The position numbers and the translations under genes are program-made. Shown one piece after another: positions 36,519 to 49,760 of a stretch of DNA of 64,000 nt. Location of the stretch: NCBI GenBank assembly GCA_001687465.1, contig LVLI01000603.1, positions 1 through 64,000 of the forward strand. Reading direction: 5' to 3'. Source of the DNA: Halocafeteria seosinensis. Taxonomy: Eukaryota. Numbering within the stretch: the stretch's first letter is position 1; every line of letters begins with the position of its first letter. The notes below the pieces were generated by a model that saw only the letters and a list, made by a program, of their open reading frames with translations, was not told where the DNA came from and did no database searches.

Positions 36519-39426
36519 ATGGCCACCCAGGAGGAGCGTTTGATTCGCAAGTACGCGAATCTTCAAAAGAAGCTCCGAGATGAAGAGCACCCCTCTTCCC
36601 CGGCAAGGCGACAGGAAGATGCGCACAGTTCTTGGGGTGAAAAGTACAATGCTGGCAGGACTCGTGCCATCTCTCCCATCCAAGCCACCCCTGGGGAATT
36701 CGTGGAAGTTCCGAGGGGCCGAGGAGGACGTCGAAACGAGGATCCAGACAACCACGGGGAGAGGAGAGAATACGGAGTCTCGTCCGACAAGGGCAGTGTA
36801 GCAATGGGTCGCTTTGACCATTATCATGGAAGGGAAGACTACGAAGGTACAGCGCCCCCCAGCCGACCACGGCACTCACCAGAGTATCAACACGGCAATG
36901 CCGATGACAGATACACCGCTTCTCAGCGTGTTTCACACCCGAGCCGTCGTTCGTACACTCGAGGAGAAGAGCTACCGGAGGACTTCCATCAAGGTAAGGA
37001 CTTGCTCACGGCGCCCTACTGTACCCTTCTTGTGTTCATAGTTTATTGGTTGTGTATCCAGCGGTGCAAAGTGAAATGGAGAGACAGAGATCGTTGCTTA
37101 ACAATATGCTCAAGTATGTGCTTTCAACAGACTAATATTGGTTCTGTACGGTCTCACCCCCATGATGTTTTCATACGACTTCAAATCAGCGAATACCGCT
37201 CCCATTCCAAGTCTGATGGAAGTACTCGACAGAATGAGAATATACCAGGCCGTGTTGAAGGAGAAGGCGTTGCCCCCACCGAAGTTAATTCAGATCGCTA
37301 TGAGTTGGGGTCCTCAGAGATTCGTTCCTCGAGTAGAAAGCAGCCCACGGTGAAGAACGCTGACGATTCAGGCGGTGGAATCGGCATTCTCCCTTGGCAT
37401 AATACAAGTGAAACTAGAGAAAGGAAGGAGAAGCAGTTAAAATATAAGCAAGAGCTCGAAAAACAAATCGAGGAGCAAGGGAGACAAAGAAGATTCAGGA
37501 GCACCGGTAAGTTATCCGCAGCTTGTTCATGCACTCAGGTTGGATAAACGTTCTGGGTGGCAGATAGATTTGATGCACGCTCAGGTCCTTCCGAACGTCG
37601 AGAACCTCACGTGAAAACTGGTAGCGTCACTGGTGGGGAGCCTTGGGATTTGGAAGCTGGGGTAAAGGCGAAGGAAGAGAGTTATGCTTTCTACCCTCAT
37701 TCCGGGAACAGTAGGGCTGACCAGTATGTCGACGACGCTAAGAGTGACATCCATAACCATGGGGAAAGACATAATGCTGGTCAAAGTGGAAGAGGGTCAG
37801 TTCCAGCCAATTTGGGCTCGGAGGAGATTCGATATCAGATACAGAATTGTTCTAACTTTCGTCGACGGCATATCAAGGATCCCCAAATGGCTGAAGATGA
37901 GCAAAAGCGCTCAAACGCTCGCGCGCAACAGGCAGCTCTCCTGCGCCAGCAGGTGGAAGAGTCCAAACGTAGGGTATTGTGCATGCTGGTTTCACTTGTG
38001 ATAAAAGATACAACAATATGGTTTGCGTGAGTGCAGGGTTGAAGGAAAAGGAGAACCAGCTCAACAGAAATAAAGAAGCTGAAGAAGAAGAGAGAATCGA
38101 ACGTGAAAGAATAGAACTGCTGGAACAACATAGGTGAGTGTAACAGTAAGAGATTTATGACGCATATTCATCGAAGGTATGAATCGGTTCGTTTATGTGC
38201 TGAACCAATAGGGCGGAAGTAGACCTAGAGCAGCGAAATCGCGACCGTGGTACGGAGCGTGTAGATGATGGAGGCAAGACAACCGAAAATCTTCCGGTCA
38301 AACCGTACGTTTTTGGTATGCTGTAGGCGTCCTTATATTGATATCCTCTTTGCAATGGTAATCACAGTCACAGCTTCGATGAAAGGACATCTTCACAGGA
38401 GGCAAGCAATTTCCAAGAAGCTAGCGAAGAACATGGAGAAGACAAAGGGGCACCCAACCTACGCAATGACCAAGACATTTTTAACATAAATACTGCGGAT
38501 GAGCGAAGTGAAAAATGGCCTGGGTATACGTCTGATGACCGACTGAGTGAAGAAATCCTTCGGTTACAGGAGCAGCAAAACATCATGTTGAAACAGTTAC
38601 AAGAACAATCCCTAATGATGCAACGGATTCAGAATGCGATGTACCAAGTAAAACGTCGCTCTGAGTTGGAGAGCCTACAATCTCAGCAGAAACAGTTGGC
38701 GGAGCTTATGGACCGATCACAGAAACAATTTAGAGAACTGGCTGCTGAGGAACAGCCGGTGGAAGATATTGGAGAAATGGCCATGGATTCGTTGAATGAG
38801 GCTTCTGGAGGTCATTTATACGTGGAGCAAAGAGATCGCCCGGCACTGTGGCGTCCTGGGTCAAATATATCCACAGAAGTCTCTAGAAAGTCTGTGTCTC
38901 AATTGCATGGTCAGTCGGATTGGCAAACTGCTGATGGGATAGTCTCTAGACTTACTGAGATAGAGGAAGGCCATGGATCGAGGAGCGCGTCGGAGGACTC
39001 ACAGAGCCTCTCCCAGGATGAAAATGACTGTACGTTCGCCGCATATCGTTGCAACTTCGCGCCTACTATATGGTCTCGCGCTTTGCAGATTCAAATGACG
39101 TATTTGAGGAGATGAATGTGCAGCTTTCTGACCAAACGGCGAAGGACAAGCCCACAACGAAAGATTTCGAGGAAAGTCTTGCTGGGGAGAGTATGCTTGT
39201 TTTCTTACCTGAAGCGCTGAAACGGGTTCAGCCCGATGCAGATCAGGAGGAAATACAATCTCCAGTGGAGAATGATGAGGTTACTCAGACAGCAACTTCG
39301 GCTACATCTGTGCCTGCAATAATGTCTCAAACGGAATCAACGAGCTCCGTTGCGGAGATTTCTGATTTGGGAGATTCTGGAACTTCGGATTTTAACGTTT
39401 CTCAGTACAACAGCGAGGATGACTAG
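36519..39426 (+). CDS. Low-complexity coiled-coil protein, CSPP1/CCDC66-like, multi-exon
   Basis: KEKQLKYKQELEKQIEE, QQAALLRQQVEE, SLAGESMLV; consecutive plus-strand ORFs with GT-AG joins. Confidence 0.65.
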
Positions 39427-39531
39427 ATGGAGCTTGTGACTCAAATGAACAACTTGTCGGTGTATTGTTCCTTTTCGAGTCCCCACTACCTGCAAGAATC
39501 CTTGATCCTACCGAGTCGTCGTCTTGTTGCC

Positions 39532-42500
39532 TTACACATTTGCTTCTTCCTCCTCTGGTTGCTGGCTCCTCCTCCTGCGGAGGACGAGCCCAATAAGGAT
39601 ACTAAGTATCACAGCTATGACTACGCCTATTGTGATGCCGATAGCTGCACCTGTATCGACATTATTGGTACTAGACTGTGCAGCAGATAGTGGTTGTCGG
39701 GTGCCGGTGACGGAAGGTGTCCCTGTTCCAGTCATTGTTGCAGTGTTTGAAGCGGTTCCCGTGCTGGTAACAGAAGGTGTTCCTGTTCCTGTGTTCGAAG
39801 GCGTATTACTTGCCGTCCGTGAAGGAGTGTTTGATGCCGTGTTGGAAGCTGTATTACTTGCCGTCTGTGAAGCAGTGTTAGATGCTGTGTTGGACGCTGT
39901 ATTACTTGCCGTCTGTGAAGCAGTGTTGGATGCGGTGTTGGATGCAGTGTTGGAAGCGGTATTAGACGGTGTGACGGTTCCCGTTTGGGAGGCTGTGTTC
40001 GACGCAGTTCCCGTGGAAGTTTGTGAGGGCGTGTTCGATGGGGTGCTCGTCGCTGTATTTGATGGGGTTCCAGTCTGCGAAGATGTGGGAGTGCCGGTAT
40101 TCGAAGGTGTTCCAGTGTTTGAAGGTGTTGGAGTTGATGTGGATGAGGCAGTATTGGATGGAGTTTGCGTGGAGGTGGGTGTTCCAGTGTTCGACGGAGT
40201 CGTCGTTCCAGTTTGACTTGGGGTTCGAGTGTTTGTAGGAGTCTGAGTGCCGGTGTTTGAAGATGTGGGAGTTACAGAAGGGGTTCCGGTGCCGGTTGCA
40301 GTATTTGTCGGTGTACCTGTTGGGGTGTTTGTAGGAGTTTGGGAGGAAGTCGGAGTTTGAGTAGGCGTACTTGTCGAGGTTGGCGTTGTTGAAGCAAGGG
40401 TGTCGTTTCCTATGCAAAATTCCACATTATGTAAGTCGAATTGAACGTCAATAAATTGCGCCTCTATGTGACGGAACAGACACCGATCATATCCGGGGTT
40501 CTTATCAAGATCCCTGCAGAGCAAATCAATTCACACTTGCCTGCTCCTTGCTTGAGTATAGTGAGGCCAGTGCTAGAGCACTTACAGTTCGATGAGACAC
40601 CACAAGTTTTGGAAGACTTTCTCTCCAATTTCCAACAAGTTGTTGTTGCGCAAATAACTGCCTAGACAAAGTGTAGAAGACAGGTTGAGACATTTTGCCC
40701 CCTCGACTTCCAGCGTAGACTTACAGTGCCTCGAGCTCTTTGATGCCTTGGAAACTATCGTCCTCTATGTAATCTATGTTGTTGTCCATTAGGTTGCTGC
40801 GTACCATTTCAAGAGTCGAATTGAATATCTGTGCGTTTATGCACGTTTGACAAGAATACTAACAGAACCAAGATTGAGGACACATAGTCAAACCATCCAG
40901 CCTCTATAGCCGTCAGTAAGTTGCCTTCCAGATACCTGCAAACCAGTGACCTCTTGCCTGGACTGACAAGATAATATCGACGCCAGATTGGGCTTACAAA
41001 TTGCGAAGAGATATCAAACCCTCGAACGCACCGGGTGCGATGTCTGTTATTGCATTGTCCCCTAGAGATCTGTTCAATGAAACGTAAGCAAGCTTGTTTC
41101 GATGATAGCGTGTGCAGGTAATATCAGTAACAGTTATATCATACAGCGTTGTTAAACTAGGTAAGCCGTGAAATTTTCCCGTTGGTAAATCAGTAAACTG
41201 GTTGCCTTGCATATACCTGCAAGCACTTCCTGGGTAATCCAAAAGATGCGCTTCCCGCAATCTACTGGCTACAATGCACTTACAGGCGTCTTATACCCTG
41301 ATTTTCAATGAAGTCAAAAGCTCCGTCTTTGATCGAAGTTAAGCCTTTGCAAGATAAGTCCCTGTGTATAATTGGTAATCGTGTCCGGGCGATACACAGA
41401 TCCACGTTGGGGAGTGCACTTACAAAGTTTCGATGTCAGGGCACTTGCAAAACTTTAGCAACCCTGTATCGAGGTCCCACACGCAACAAGCAGGCACTGG
41501 TGGAGATGTGGGAGTAGGTGTAGTGGTTATGCTTGCTGTGGCGGACCTCGTCGCTGTAGGGGACGCAGAAGGTGTGTTGGAACTACTTGGAGAAGGCGTG
41601 GGGGTTGGTTGCCTTGGAAGGCCGAAGCAAAATTCATCCTGAATGACGTTGGGGAAATCCAAAAACAAAGGCTGATAGACCAAAGTCTTTCGTTCAAAGA
41701 ATGGAATGGGATCCACGCAGTTTTCTTCATTCACACCTGGATTACCGGAGACTCTCCTGCTAAGACAGCAAAGCAATGCCTTACTTAGGATCAGCCCAAC
41801 GGATTTCTTATCTTACCATTGACCAAAGACACCTGCTTCAATATCTATGTCCAGTGCGCGGACGAAATTATTTCGGATATCCCTGTTGAAAGTTTAGCTT
41901 ATTCGTGGCACCAGTGAAACACTTCGGGCGAAGATCACGACGAACGATGCAAACCCTTACAGATTGAAGACGGTGCCATTTCTGCCTTCTGTTAGAGATG
42001 GAGGTACGAACACGATCTCGTTGTCATTGATTTCTCTGCGTAACGGGGATAAATTTAGACGTTTGATAAAGTACCACTTCTTACCATTGATATTACTTAC
42101 AACCGCTTTAGATTGGGGTTGTTCTCTGCCGTCAGAAGCAAAGGCGGCCATTCCTCTAATTCATTTTCTTGGAGTTGGCTGGTCATAAGGGAGCGACATA
42201 AGCGATTAGCTAAACTAGAGAACAAGAGAAATAAATTTTAACGTACACGTGCTCTAGTGTCCCGAAATCGGCAAACGTGTCCTCGTCGATGTTGGTAAGG
42301 GGTCCGGAGATTAGCTTGCTGCGACGAAAGGATTGTCTTGATTTACCGACGGTACGCGAATGTTTAAAACACCCACTACGGCAGGGCATGCCTTACAATC
42401 GCTTTAGACTGGGTAGACCCGCTAACGCTTCCTTTTGTAAAGTTTCGATTTTATGTCCGCCGATTATACTGTTGATAAAAAAAATAGTCTCCCCATAAGT

Positions 42501-42860
42501 GTATCACAGTCGGTCTTGCGTGTCTGTAGCCTGCTATACTCACATTTCTTGTAGATTCTGGTTAAAGCTGCCACCCTGATCAAAAGCCCCATCTTTGATA
42601 GATTCCCAATCTTCAGAACTCGTTAAAAAATCACTGTGCAAGGGACATGAGAATTCTGGAAAACATCCTTCCAGCAATTTTTAGCATGCTTACAGGGTTT
42701 GTACTGAGTTACCGCATACACAACAGACCAGTTGGGTTTGGGTGGCCCTGCAGCACGCAGCTACAAGATCTCCGTCACTAGAGTCACAAGCTGCAGCGTT
42801 TTGTATTGTGAGTGCAAATAGGAAGGCAGTTGCCGTAGCACACACGAGAGAGCTCTTCAT
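39532..42860 (-). CDS. Type I membrane LRR protein: signal peptide, 2 Cys-capped LRR modules, S/T/P stalk, TM, short tail; 15 exons
   Basis: Exons: 42860-42694, 42633-42544, 42468-42397, 42318-42247, 42178-42101, 42035-41961, 41882-41817, 41756-41424, 41361-41284, 41216-41145, 41069-40998, 40935-40864, 40796-40725, 40657-40586, 40513-39532. LxxLxLxxNxI repeats; TM AAIGITIGVVIAVILSILIGLVL-RRRR. Confidence 0.88.
39700..40390 (-). repeat. Coding low-complexity repeat (mucin-like T-P/A-S-N/Q stalk, ~12 bp period in core)
   Basis: TASNTASNTASNTASQTASN... and TGTPSN repeats. Confidence 0.9.
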
Positions 42861-43673
42861 TTCAGAGTCTGTTAGAAATCTGCGGGTTGTGCATGAAAGC
42901 GATGAATCTTGAATGAAGTTCTTCTTGTTAGATTTAGTGGTCCGTAGTTATATCAATCAATGAGACAATGCCAAATCATGTCCACCAGATAGAGGCGCGA
43001 GCAAGGGAAAAACTGCCCACCTACCAGAAATAGGACATAGACAGGGTACACACAGTATATGGTCCACTTGCTTTCTCTCCAACTTGAATTCTTTGCATAC
43101 ATACGCAATTGAATTGCTCCCAACACTTTATACACGGGCATCCAAACAACAAGACGCGGGGTCACTTCTTTGTTCTGCCGGTTTCCCCGCCATCACATGG
43201 CTGGAAAACTGCCCACAAAAAGCTATCCCAGAACTTCAACTTCAATGATGTTTGTTACTTAAGTTCCGATGGGTACATCTCGCAAAACCTAAACTGAATG
43301 AGCCAATTCTACCCGTACGACTAGCTCTTCATGAAATCATTACGTTGAGAACTATCCTTGTACTAATGGACTAGCAGTCACTAGCTAGAACGACAAACAT
43401 CATGGATTCCTACCTACTATGGCATACAGTATGGTGGATTATCGTTCCCAGCAGAATGCCGAAAGGACAACTACTGCATGGATTGTCTTCCATGTTAGTT
43501 GTTTTTTCCATCAATTGCTAGCTTTTTGGGGTTGGTCACGGAAGACAGCAGCGATTCGCATTCGCTGCTTGTGAGTCACTGCTTGGTCTGGGCCTCTCCC
43601 CGCCGGGGACTCCCCGGGCTCTAGACGGGGGCGCCGCGGACCACAGTGTTTTGTACAGTGGTTTGGGTAGGCT

Positions 43674-44031
43674 ATGTTGATAGAACATCATTTGGGTCGC
43701 CCAACACCGAAACGTATACTTACCTTTGCTAATTTGCTCGTTGCTGCTGATATCGTAGTTATTTAGGGACAAATCTGATCGAAGAAAGCGCGACAGACTT
43801 GTACTTCTTGGTAACGATTGCCGAGACACTGCCAGCATAGTCGATAAATCAACGCCATACAAAGTGAAACACAAATCACAAAAGGTTAGTATATGTCTAG
43901 AGATTGATAGGAATGAGAGTCTGCTTCCGTTGCGTGAATAGGGGGATCGCATGGCTGAATACTGTGAACTGCTAGAATATCTGGACGAAGGAAGAACGAA
44001 AAGGGTACCATCACACAGCAACGTAGGTTGA
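43674..44031 (+). CDS. Possible small 3-exon hypothetical protein
   Basis: Can be spliced in frame (MLIEHHLGRPTPK|RDKSDRR...KSQK|GDRMAEY...); no recognisable motif. Confidence 0.25.
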
Positions 44032-44593
44032 CGATAATCGAACTGTCATGGCTCCAATTGCAATGACTGACTTGGTACGGCTCCGCTTTGAGGAATCGAC
44101 AACGCCGTTGGGACGGCTAGGATTCCTGCCTTCCTTGTTTCGAAAGAGAGGACGGTCTTCTAACGTCTCTGCGAACACTGCTTAGCCATGCTGTTATTGT
44201 CAAGCCTGTTCTTGCTGTCTAAATGCGTACTGCTTCTATGATGTTCACCTGTGCGGTGCTCTATCTGAAGCTGGGTTGGGTGGTATAGCTGTAGGGGACT
44301 TCAACCCCTGACTTGTAGGCTTTTTGTTCCTCGTTCAGTGCCCTTCCCGGTGTTCCTCCGTACTTTTTGTCATTTTGTCTTTTTTGAAGCCATGGTGTTG
44401 GGCGCGGTGCACCCCTGAATGTATGAGAGCAGCGTGATAATGTGGCTTACAAGCAGATGGCTTGTGATATGCTTTGATTAATGCATGTGCAGCGTGCAGG
44501 TGCCTGGATAGAGGATATGAACTGGCGCATTCCCCGAGGTGGATATCATCAAGCAATCCAAGTGTAGACTTCAGCACAAGTATAAACAAGAGA

Positions 44594-46919
44594 ATGAGTA
44601 GCTCGGGGACTAACAAAAAGAGTAGCGTGGGTCTGCACACTGAAAGAAGTGGCTACCTATCGCGCACCCCTGATGGTAAATCATGGAGCCGTGTGTATGG
44701 TGTAAGTGTATTGGTTTGGTTGAGCAGGATGATGGATACGTTCACTGGTTTCTGCCTTCCCACAGATATTGCGGAAATTTACGATGACTCTGTATACGGA
44801 AAGAAAAGAAGGAACTATTGTCGCCACTCTTCCTTTAGAAGTAAGTCCTATGCGGCGGGGACTTGGTGTTAAAACACGATGGAGGACGTTGATATTCATC
44901 TATCTTCGCAGAATTGTCATGCCTCTCCTCTTGATGCAACACGTGCATCACGGCGATATGCGTTTCAAGTGGAACTGCAGGTGCGTTGAAGCGAGTTTTA
45001 GCATGCGCTGTTCCGTTGTGGGCAGTATAAGGTGTATACTCGAGTGAGTGCAGACGGGTCAAACACATTGGTTCGCTTCGGAATCGAAAGAAGACACTGA
45101 GCACTGGTTAAGTTGTATACTGACTTCATCGATTCCTCCTACATGGCCAGGGGGAGTTAACGCCGAAAATAGAGCAAAGCCTCTTCTATACAGCGAAATT
45201 CTCCGCAAGTTAGGCTACCGACCTCTTTCGGTTGTATGCCGGGTGGACCCCCACAACAACAGTGTGACCGCGGATAATGACTTCGAGAAAGATCCAAACT
45301 TTAGGAACCCGTTAGAGCCCCTGCCATCTCTAGAGTCTGTGCCTTTCTATCAGCAGCGTGCAATGGTTTTGCGGAAGTTAAGGCTCTGCTCGGTCATCTT
45401 CGATATCCCGGACCCGTCTGTGGCGGCTCAGGAGAAAGACTATAAGAGGTCCACACTGATGGAGCTTGTGGACTGTTGTGACAAAAACGGGCATGTGATA
45501 CAGGATCTGCGTGTACTGGACGAAATGTTTCAAATGGTATGCTATGACGACCACGGCTTCAGAAACGATGCTCACTTCACCTTTGTTTGCTTTTCATGAC
45601 CAGGTCCGCGTTAACCTCTTTAGAGCGCTTCCAACAGCCCCGGAGCCTCTTGGTGATCCTGACGAGGGTACGTTATTGGATAGCATTGCCAGTGCCCTTG
45701 TAGTTACTCATTGGGTGGTTTATCCATCTGCAGAAGAAGAGCCTTTCATGGATCATCAATGGCCGCACTTGTCTGTTGTATATGAGTTATTGCTCCACCT
45801 CGTATCCTTGGATAGTATTGGGCTGCCTGTGAAAAAGAAGGTGAGGAATTCCTTTGTTTCCCAGGCAAGTGTCGTTTCCGGCTTGCCATCACTGGCGTTT
45901 TTGGTGTTCAGCTTTTGGATCCCACTTTCGTGAAGAAATTCCTGCTGTTATTTGACAGCGAAGACATGCGGGAACGGGACTATTTGAAGACGATTACGCA
46001 TAGGATTTATTCAAAATTGACTCAGCGGCGTGCCTTAATTCGGCGAGTTATATGCAATTGCTTTTACGAATTCATATTTGAGACAGGGAAACACAACGGG
46101 ATAGCGGAAATGTTAGAAATCCTAGCATCGGTTATAAATGGCTTTGCACAGCCAGTCAAAGAGGAGCACAAAGTTATGCTAGTTAAGGCACTGCTTCCAT
46201 TGCATAAAGCCCGTGATGTTGCTTCTTATCACCCGCAACTTTCATATTGCATGGCGTTATATGTTGCTAAAGATCATACCATTACAAGACATGTTATCCC
46301 AGGGTTGCTAAGATACTGGCCAGTAAGTATTTTTTTGTGGATCTCTAGCCAGTAATATAGTGGTAGGATTTGCGGGTCTTTACAGATTGCAAATAGTGCG
46401 AAGCAAATTATGTTCTTGAATGAGCTGGATGATGTCTTTGAATACGTCCAATCCGACGATCTTGAAGTACGTGTATTGAATCATATTCGCCCTTGCTACA
46501 ATCTACAGGTATTTATAACTCGTATTCAGGTTTTCCGGAAAGGTTTAGCATATAGGCTGTCTAAATGCATAGGGAGCCTGCATTTCCAGGTGGCTGAACG
46601 GACTCTTTGTCTATGGAGCAGCGAGCGCTTTTCTCAACTTGTTTTAGAAGATGCTGATCACCGTTCGGTAATTCTCCCTCTTATATTTAATCCTCTTATG
46701 GATAACAGTCGATACCACTGGCATGAAAGTGTGAAATCGGCTTCAACTCAAATTTTAGAACAGTATATGGAGATTGATGCTGATTTATATAACTCTTGCC
46801 TAGCGCAATGGGAAAAACAGAATGCCAAGCAGGATACGGATGGTGACGCTCTGCTAGATAATCATGATGTCAGCGCGGAGCTAGAAAAGAAGATGAATGC
46901 TCTGTCAGTGAAGAGTTAG
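44594..46919 (+). CDS. PPP2R5: PP2A B56 regulatory subunit with N-terminal PH domain, multi-exon
   Basis: PH: RSGYLSR...KSWSRVYG|ILRKFTMTLY...RRYAFQVE...THWFASESKEDTEHWLSCI. B56: KLRLCSVIFD, WPHLSVVYELL, LFDSEDMRERDYLKTITHRIY, SLHFQVAERTL. Confidence 0.92.
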
Positions 46920-47139
46920 TGCTGCAATATACTAATTATGCACTTGTAACCTTCTTGGTTTTAGTATAGCGTTGCATTATGCATCCAATCCTCCTGTCGT
47001 GGAAGAGCTTGGTTGGCAGCTTGGGGTGAACTTCACATGATGAAGCAGGTTGGGTTCAATAACAAGTTGGCAGTCTACACTCTAGTCTAGTCATGCTTTC
47101 TGTAATTGTTAGACACTGCCCTAGAAGCGTCTCTATGTG

Positions 47140-48832
47140 ATGTGTCTTGCTTCTTTCCGACGCCTTGGCCTTTCCTCCGGAGTGCGCTGTGCTGCCGGAT
47201 TCCACCGGGTCTCGTGTTCTTTGGCAGGGAGAACAATGGCATCATCTGCTGTCGGGCGAATTGCCGTCACACGACGACTTCCTGGGCCACAACAGGAAGG
47301 TATGACATTTTCGTCTCTTTCCTTTTTCTATTGCAAACGGGCATAATGTACCTCGTGGATGCTGCAGAACTCCTCAGACGAGTCCAGGAGAGGGGAATCC
47401 AACTGTTGCAGAACGATAGGTAAGGATAGACTGACTACTAGTGACGCTGTTGACATGATCCTCCTTGCTTTTTTTCTTGAATGCAGCGACGAACCTGTTG
47501 ACAGGCGACAGCTGGAGGAATGGACTCAGCAAGGGATCGACGGCCTCTACTGTCTGCTGACGGACAAGATTGACCAGGAACTCATTAGACAGAGCGGGCC
47601 ACGGCTGGAAGTTGTCTCTACTATGTCGGCCGGATTCAACCATGTAAGACACCTGAACCATCAAGTGTAAGGTAGTATGAACACAGAACGACTGATTGCA
47701 GATTGACGTGCAAGCATGCAAGTCAAATGGTACGGCAGTCGGATACACTCCAGACGTACGTAACCCAAGACCATGAAACCTAGAAGCCAGTTTGCTAAAC
47801 TGAACTTGTTTACGACAGGTCTTGACTGATACTACTGCCGATCTTGCGGTTGGTCTGCTGCTATCCACCGCGAGGAGAATACCAGAAGCGGCACAAGCTG
47901 TCAAAGACGGTAAGCTACACTCAAACAGTGCGGAGAGCGACTAGATCATCATTATTGGCTACGGAGTACTAAGCAGGCGAGTGGACCACGTGGAAGCCGG
48001 AATGGATGACGGGAAAGGTGGGTTGCATGCGTTGTAATGCTCTGGTCGCGCTCTTCAACATGATATTATTCGGCAACACAATGCACAGGATATCCATGGT
48101 TCCTCTGTTGGAATTATTGGCATGGGGCGGATCGGCTATGCTATAGCACAAAGACTGAAAGGGTTCAACTGCAGTTTCTTGTACACAGGTACGCAGTATG
48201 CACCTCCTCTCGACGCTTATTGATATTCGAACCACCTCTACAAACGCGATTCCAGCCACGAAAAGGAAGCCGGAGATGGAAAAGCAGTTGGGGAATATTA
48301 GCTTTTATAACTCTGTAGAGCAGATGCTCCCGGACTGCGATTTCTTGATTCTGGCATGCGCCTTGAATGATGCAACATATGGGCTGCTGGGGAAAGGTAA
48401 ATAAGAGCAGATATTCATGCCTGAGCTGCAAAGAGAGTCCTTGGCAAAATTTTGCAGATGCTTTCAAGAAGATGAAAAACGATGCCATTGTGGTCAATAT
48501 CTCCCGCGGAGAGGTCATACAGCAAGACGAGCTTGTACAGGCTTTGCGCGATGGTGAGTACACACCATTGGACAGCAGTGTTTTCAAAGGGTATTGTGAA
48601 CGCGTGTTACCTACCCTGTTCAGGTGAGATTGGAGCTGCTGGTTTGGATGTAACAACTCCGGAGCCACTACCCAAGGACCATCCGCTAGTTTCATTACCT
48701 AATGCGTTGGTGCTTCCACATATTGGGTCTGCAAGCGTAACTACGCGCAGAAAAATAGCATCCATGGCGCTTGAAAATCTTTTCGCTGGGATTGACGGCC
48801 AGACACTGCCGTATGCCGTTCCTGGGAGCTGA
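47140..48832 (+). CDS. GRHPR: Glyoxylate/hydroxypyruvate reductase (D-2-hydroxyacid dehydrogenase), multi-exon; alternative start 47236
   Basis: VVSTMSAGFNH, GYTPD|VLTDTTADL, GIIGMGRIG, VNISRGEVI, AAGLDVTTPEPL, LPHIGSA. Confidence 0.93.
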
Positions 48833-49142
48833 ACGAGCGACCAGGGTCAACCACGGTCTTGCTCGTACCTCGTTTCACATCGAATACACTTACTGTTGTG
48901 GTTGATAACTATGCACAGTGTGTTTTCCTGTTCAAGTCGTCGTCTCATGACCAATGGCATTATTCTTTGATAGCCTATTGACCATAGGTCCTCACGCCGA
49001 GGCTCACGGTTTGTGATCCTTCAACGAGTGTGTTTTAGACTCAGTGATAAATGGTTGTCAAATGTTTGATGGGGTAGTGTAGAAGTGCACACCTATTCGT
49101 ATTGCTTGCGTGAACCTGTATCATACTACATACGAGTACACT

Positions 49143-49760
49143 ATGGCGGAACTATCTCGACGGCAGCAACGCTCTCAGCAGCGAGAAGAGCTACTTGCGG
49201 CTTCAGAATCTAATGAAGACAAACTGCGTCAGTCTCATATACAGCAAGTGCTGGAAAGGGTGAGTAAATCTTATCATGTAGACCTTAGAGTGATGGATGT
49301 CGACTTACATTTCGTTGCATTGGTAATCTCATGTACGCTGCTGCAGCGCCGACGGGAGAAAGAAAGTGCAAAGCGAAGATATACACCCCAGCTTCACTTG
49401 CAGCAGCGCAAATCGGATTCGGACAAGCCTTCACATGATAAAGACAGCAGTAGGCGCCGTTCATTTGGTGGAGACAAGGAGTCTGATAAGTGCAGGGAAC
49501 AACATAGCAAGAAGAAGTCCTCACACAGGGGCAGCGACAGGAAGAGAAGGAAGAGCAGAAAAAGGCGAAAAAGCCCAAGTCCATCAACTTCCTCTGGAAG
49601 TTCGGGTAGCAGTGATACTCGTTCCAGGTCGAGTTCTTCGTCATCCTCACACTCTGACGAAGGAAGCACCTCCGAAGATACCAAACGACGTTCTTCGAGA
49701 AAAGAGAACGATGAAAAGAAAGAAAAGAACAGGAAGAAAAGAAAAACTGCCTCGGAATGA
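49143..49760 (+). CDS. Small Ser/Arg/Lys-rich protein; probable intron ~49260-49346
   Basis: MAELSRRQQRSQQREELL... followed by an R/K/S-rich tail. Confidence 0.6.
   Translation: MAELSRRQQRSQQREELLAASESNEDKLRQSHIQQVLERVSKSYHVDLRVMDVDLHFVALVISCTLLQRRREKESAKRRYTPQLHLQQRKSDSDKPSHDKDSSRRRSFGGDKESDKCREQHSKKKSSHRGSDRKRRKSRKRRKSPSPSTSSGSSGSSDTRSRSSSSSSSHSDEGSTSEDTKRRSSRKENDEKKEKNRKKRKTASE

Noticed and set aside
39524..40216. 230-aa Val-rich plus-strand ORF
   Set aside because: Antisense shadow of the Thr/Ser-rich stalk.
26607..42860. Glycosylation cluster (two glycosyltransferases plus a mucin-like protein)
   Set aside because: Interspersed with unrelated housekeeping genes; neither enzyme shows a secretory signal.
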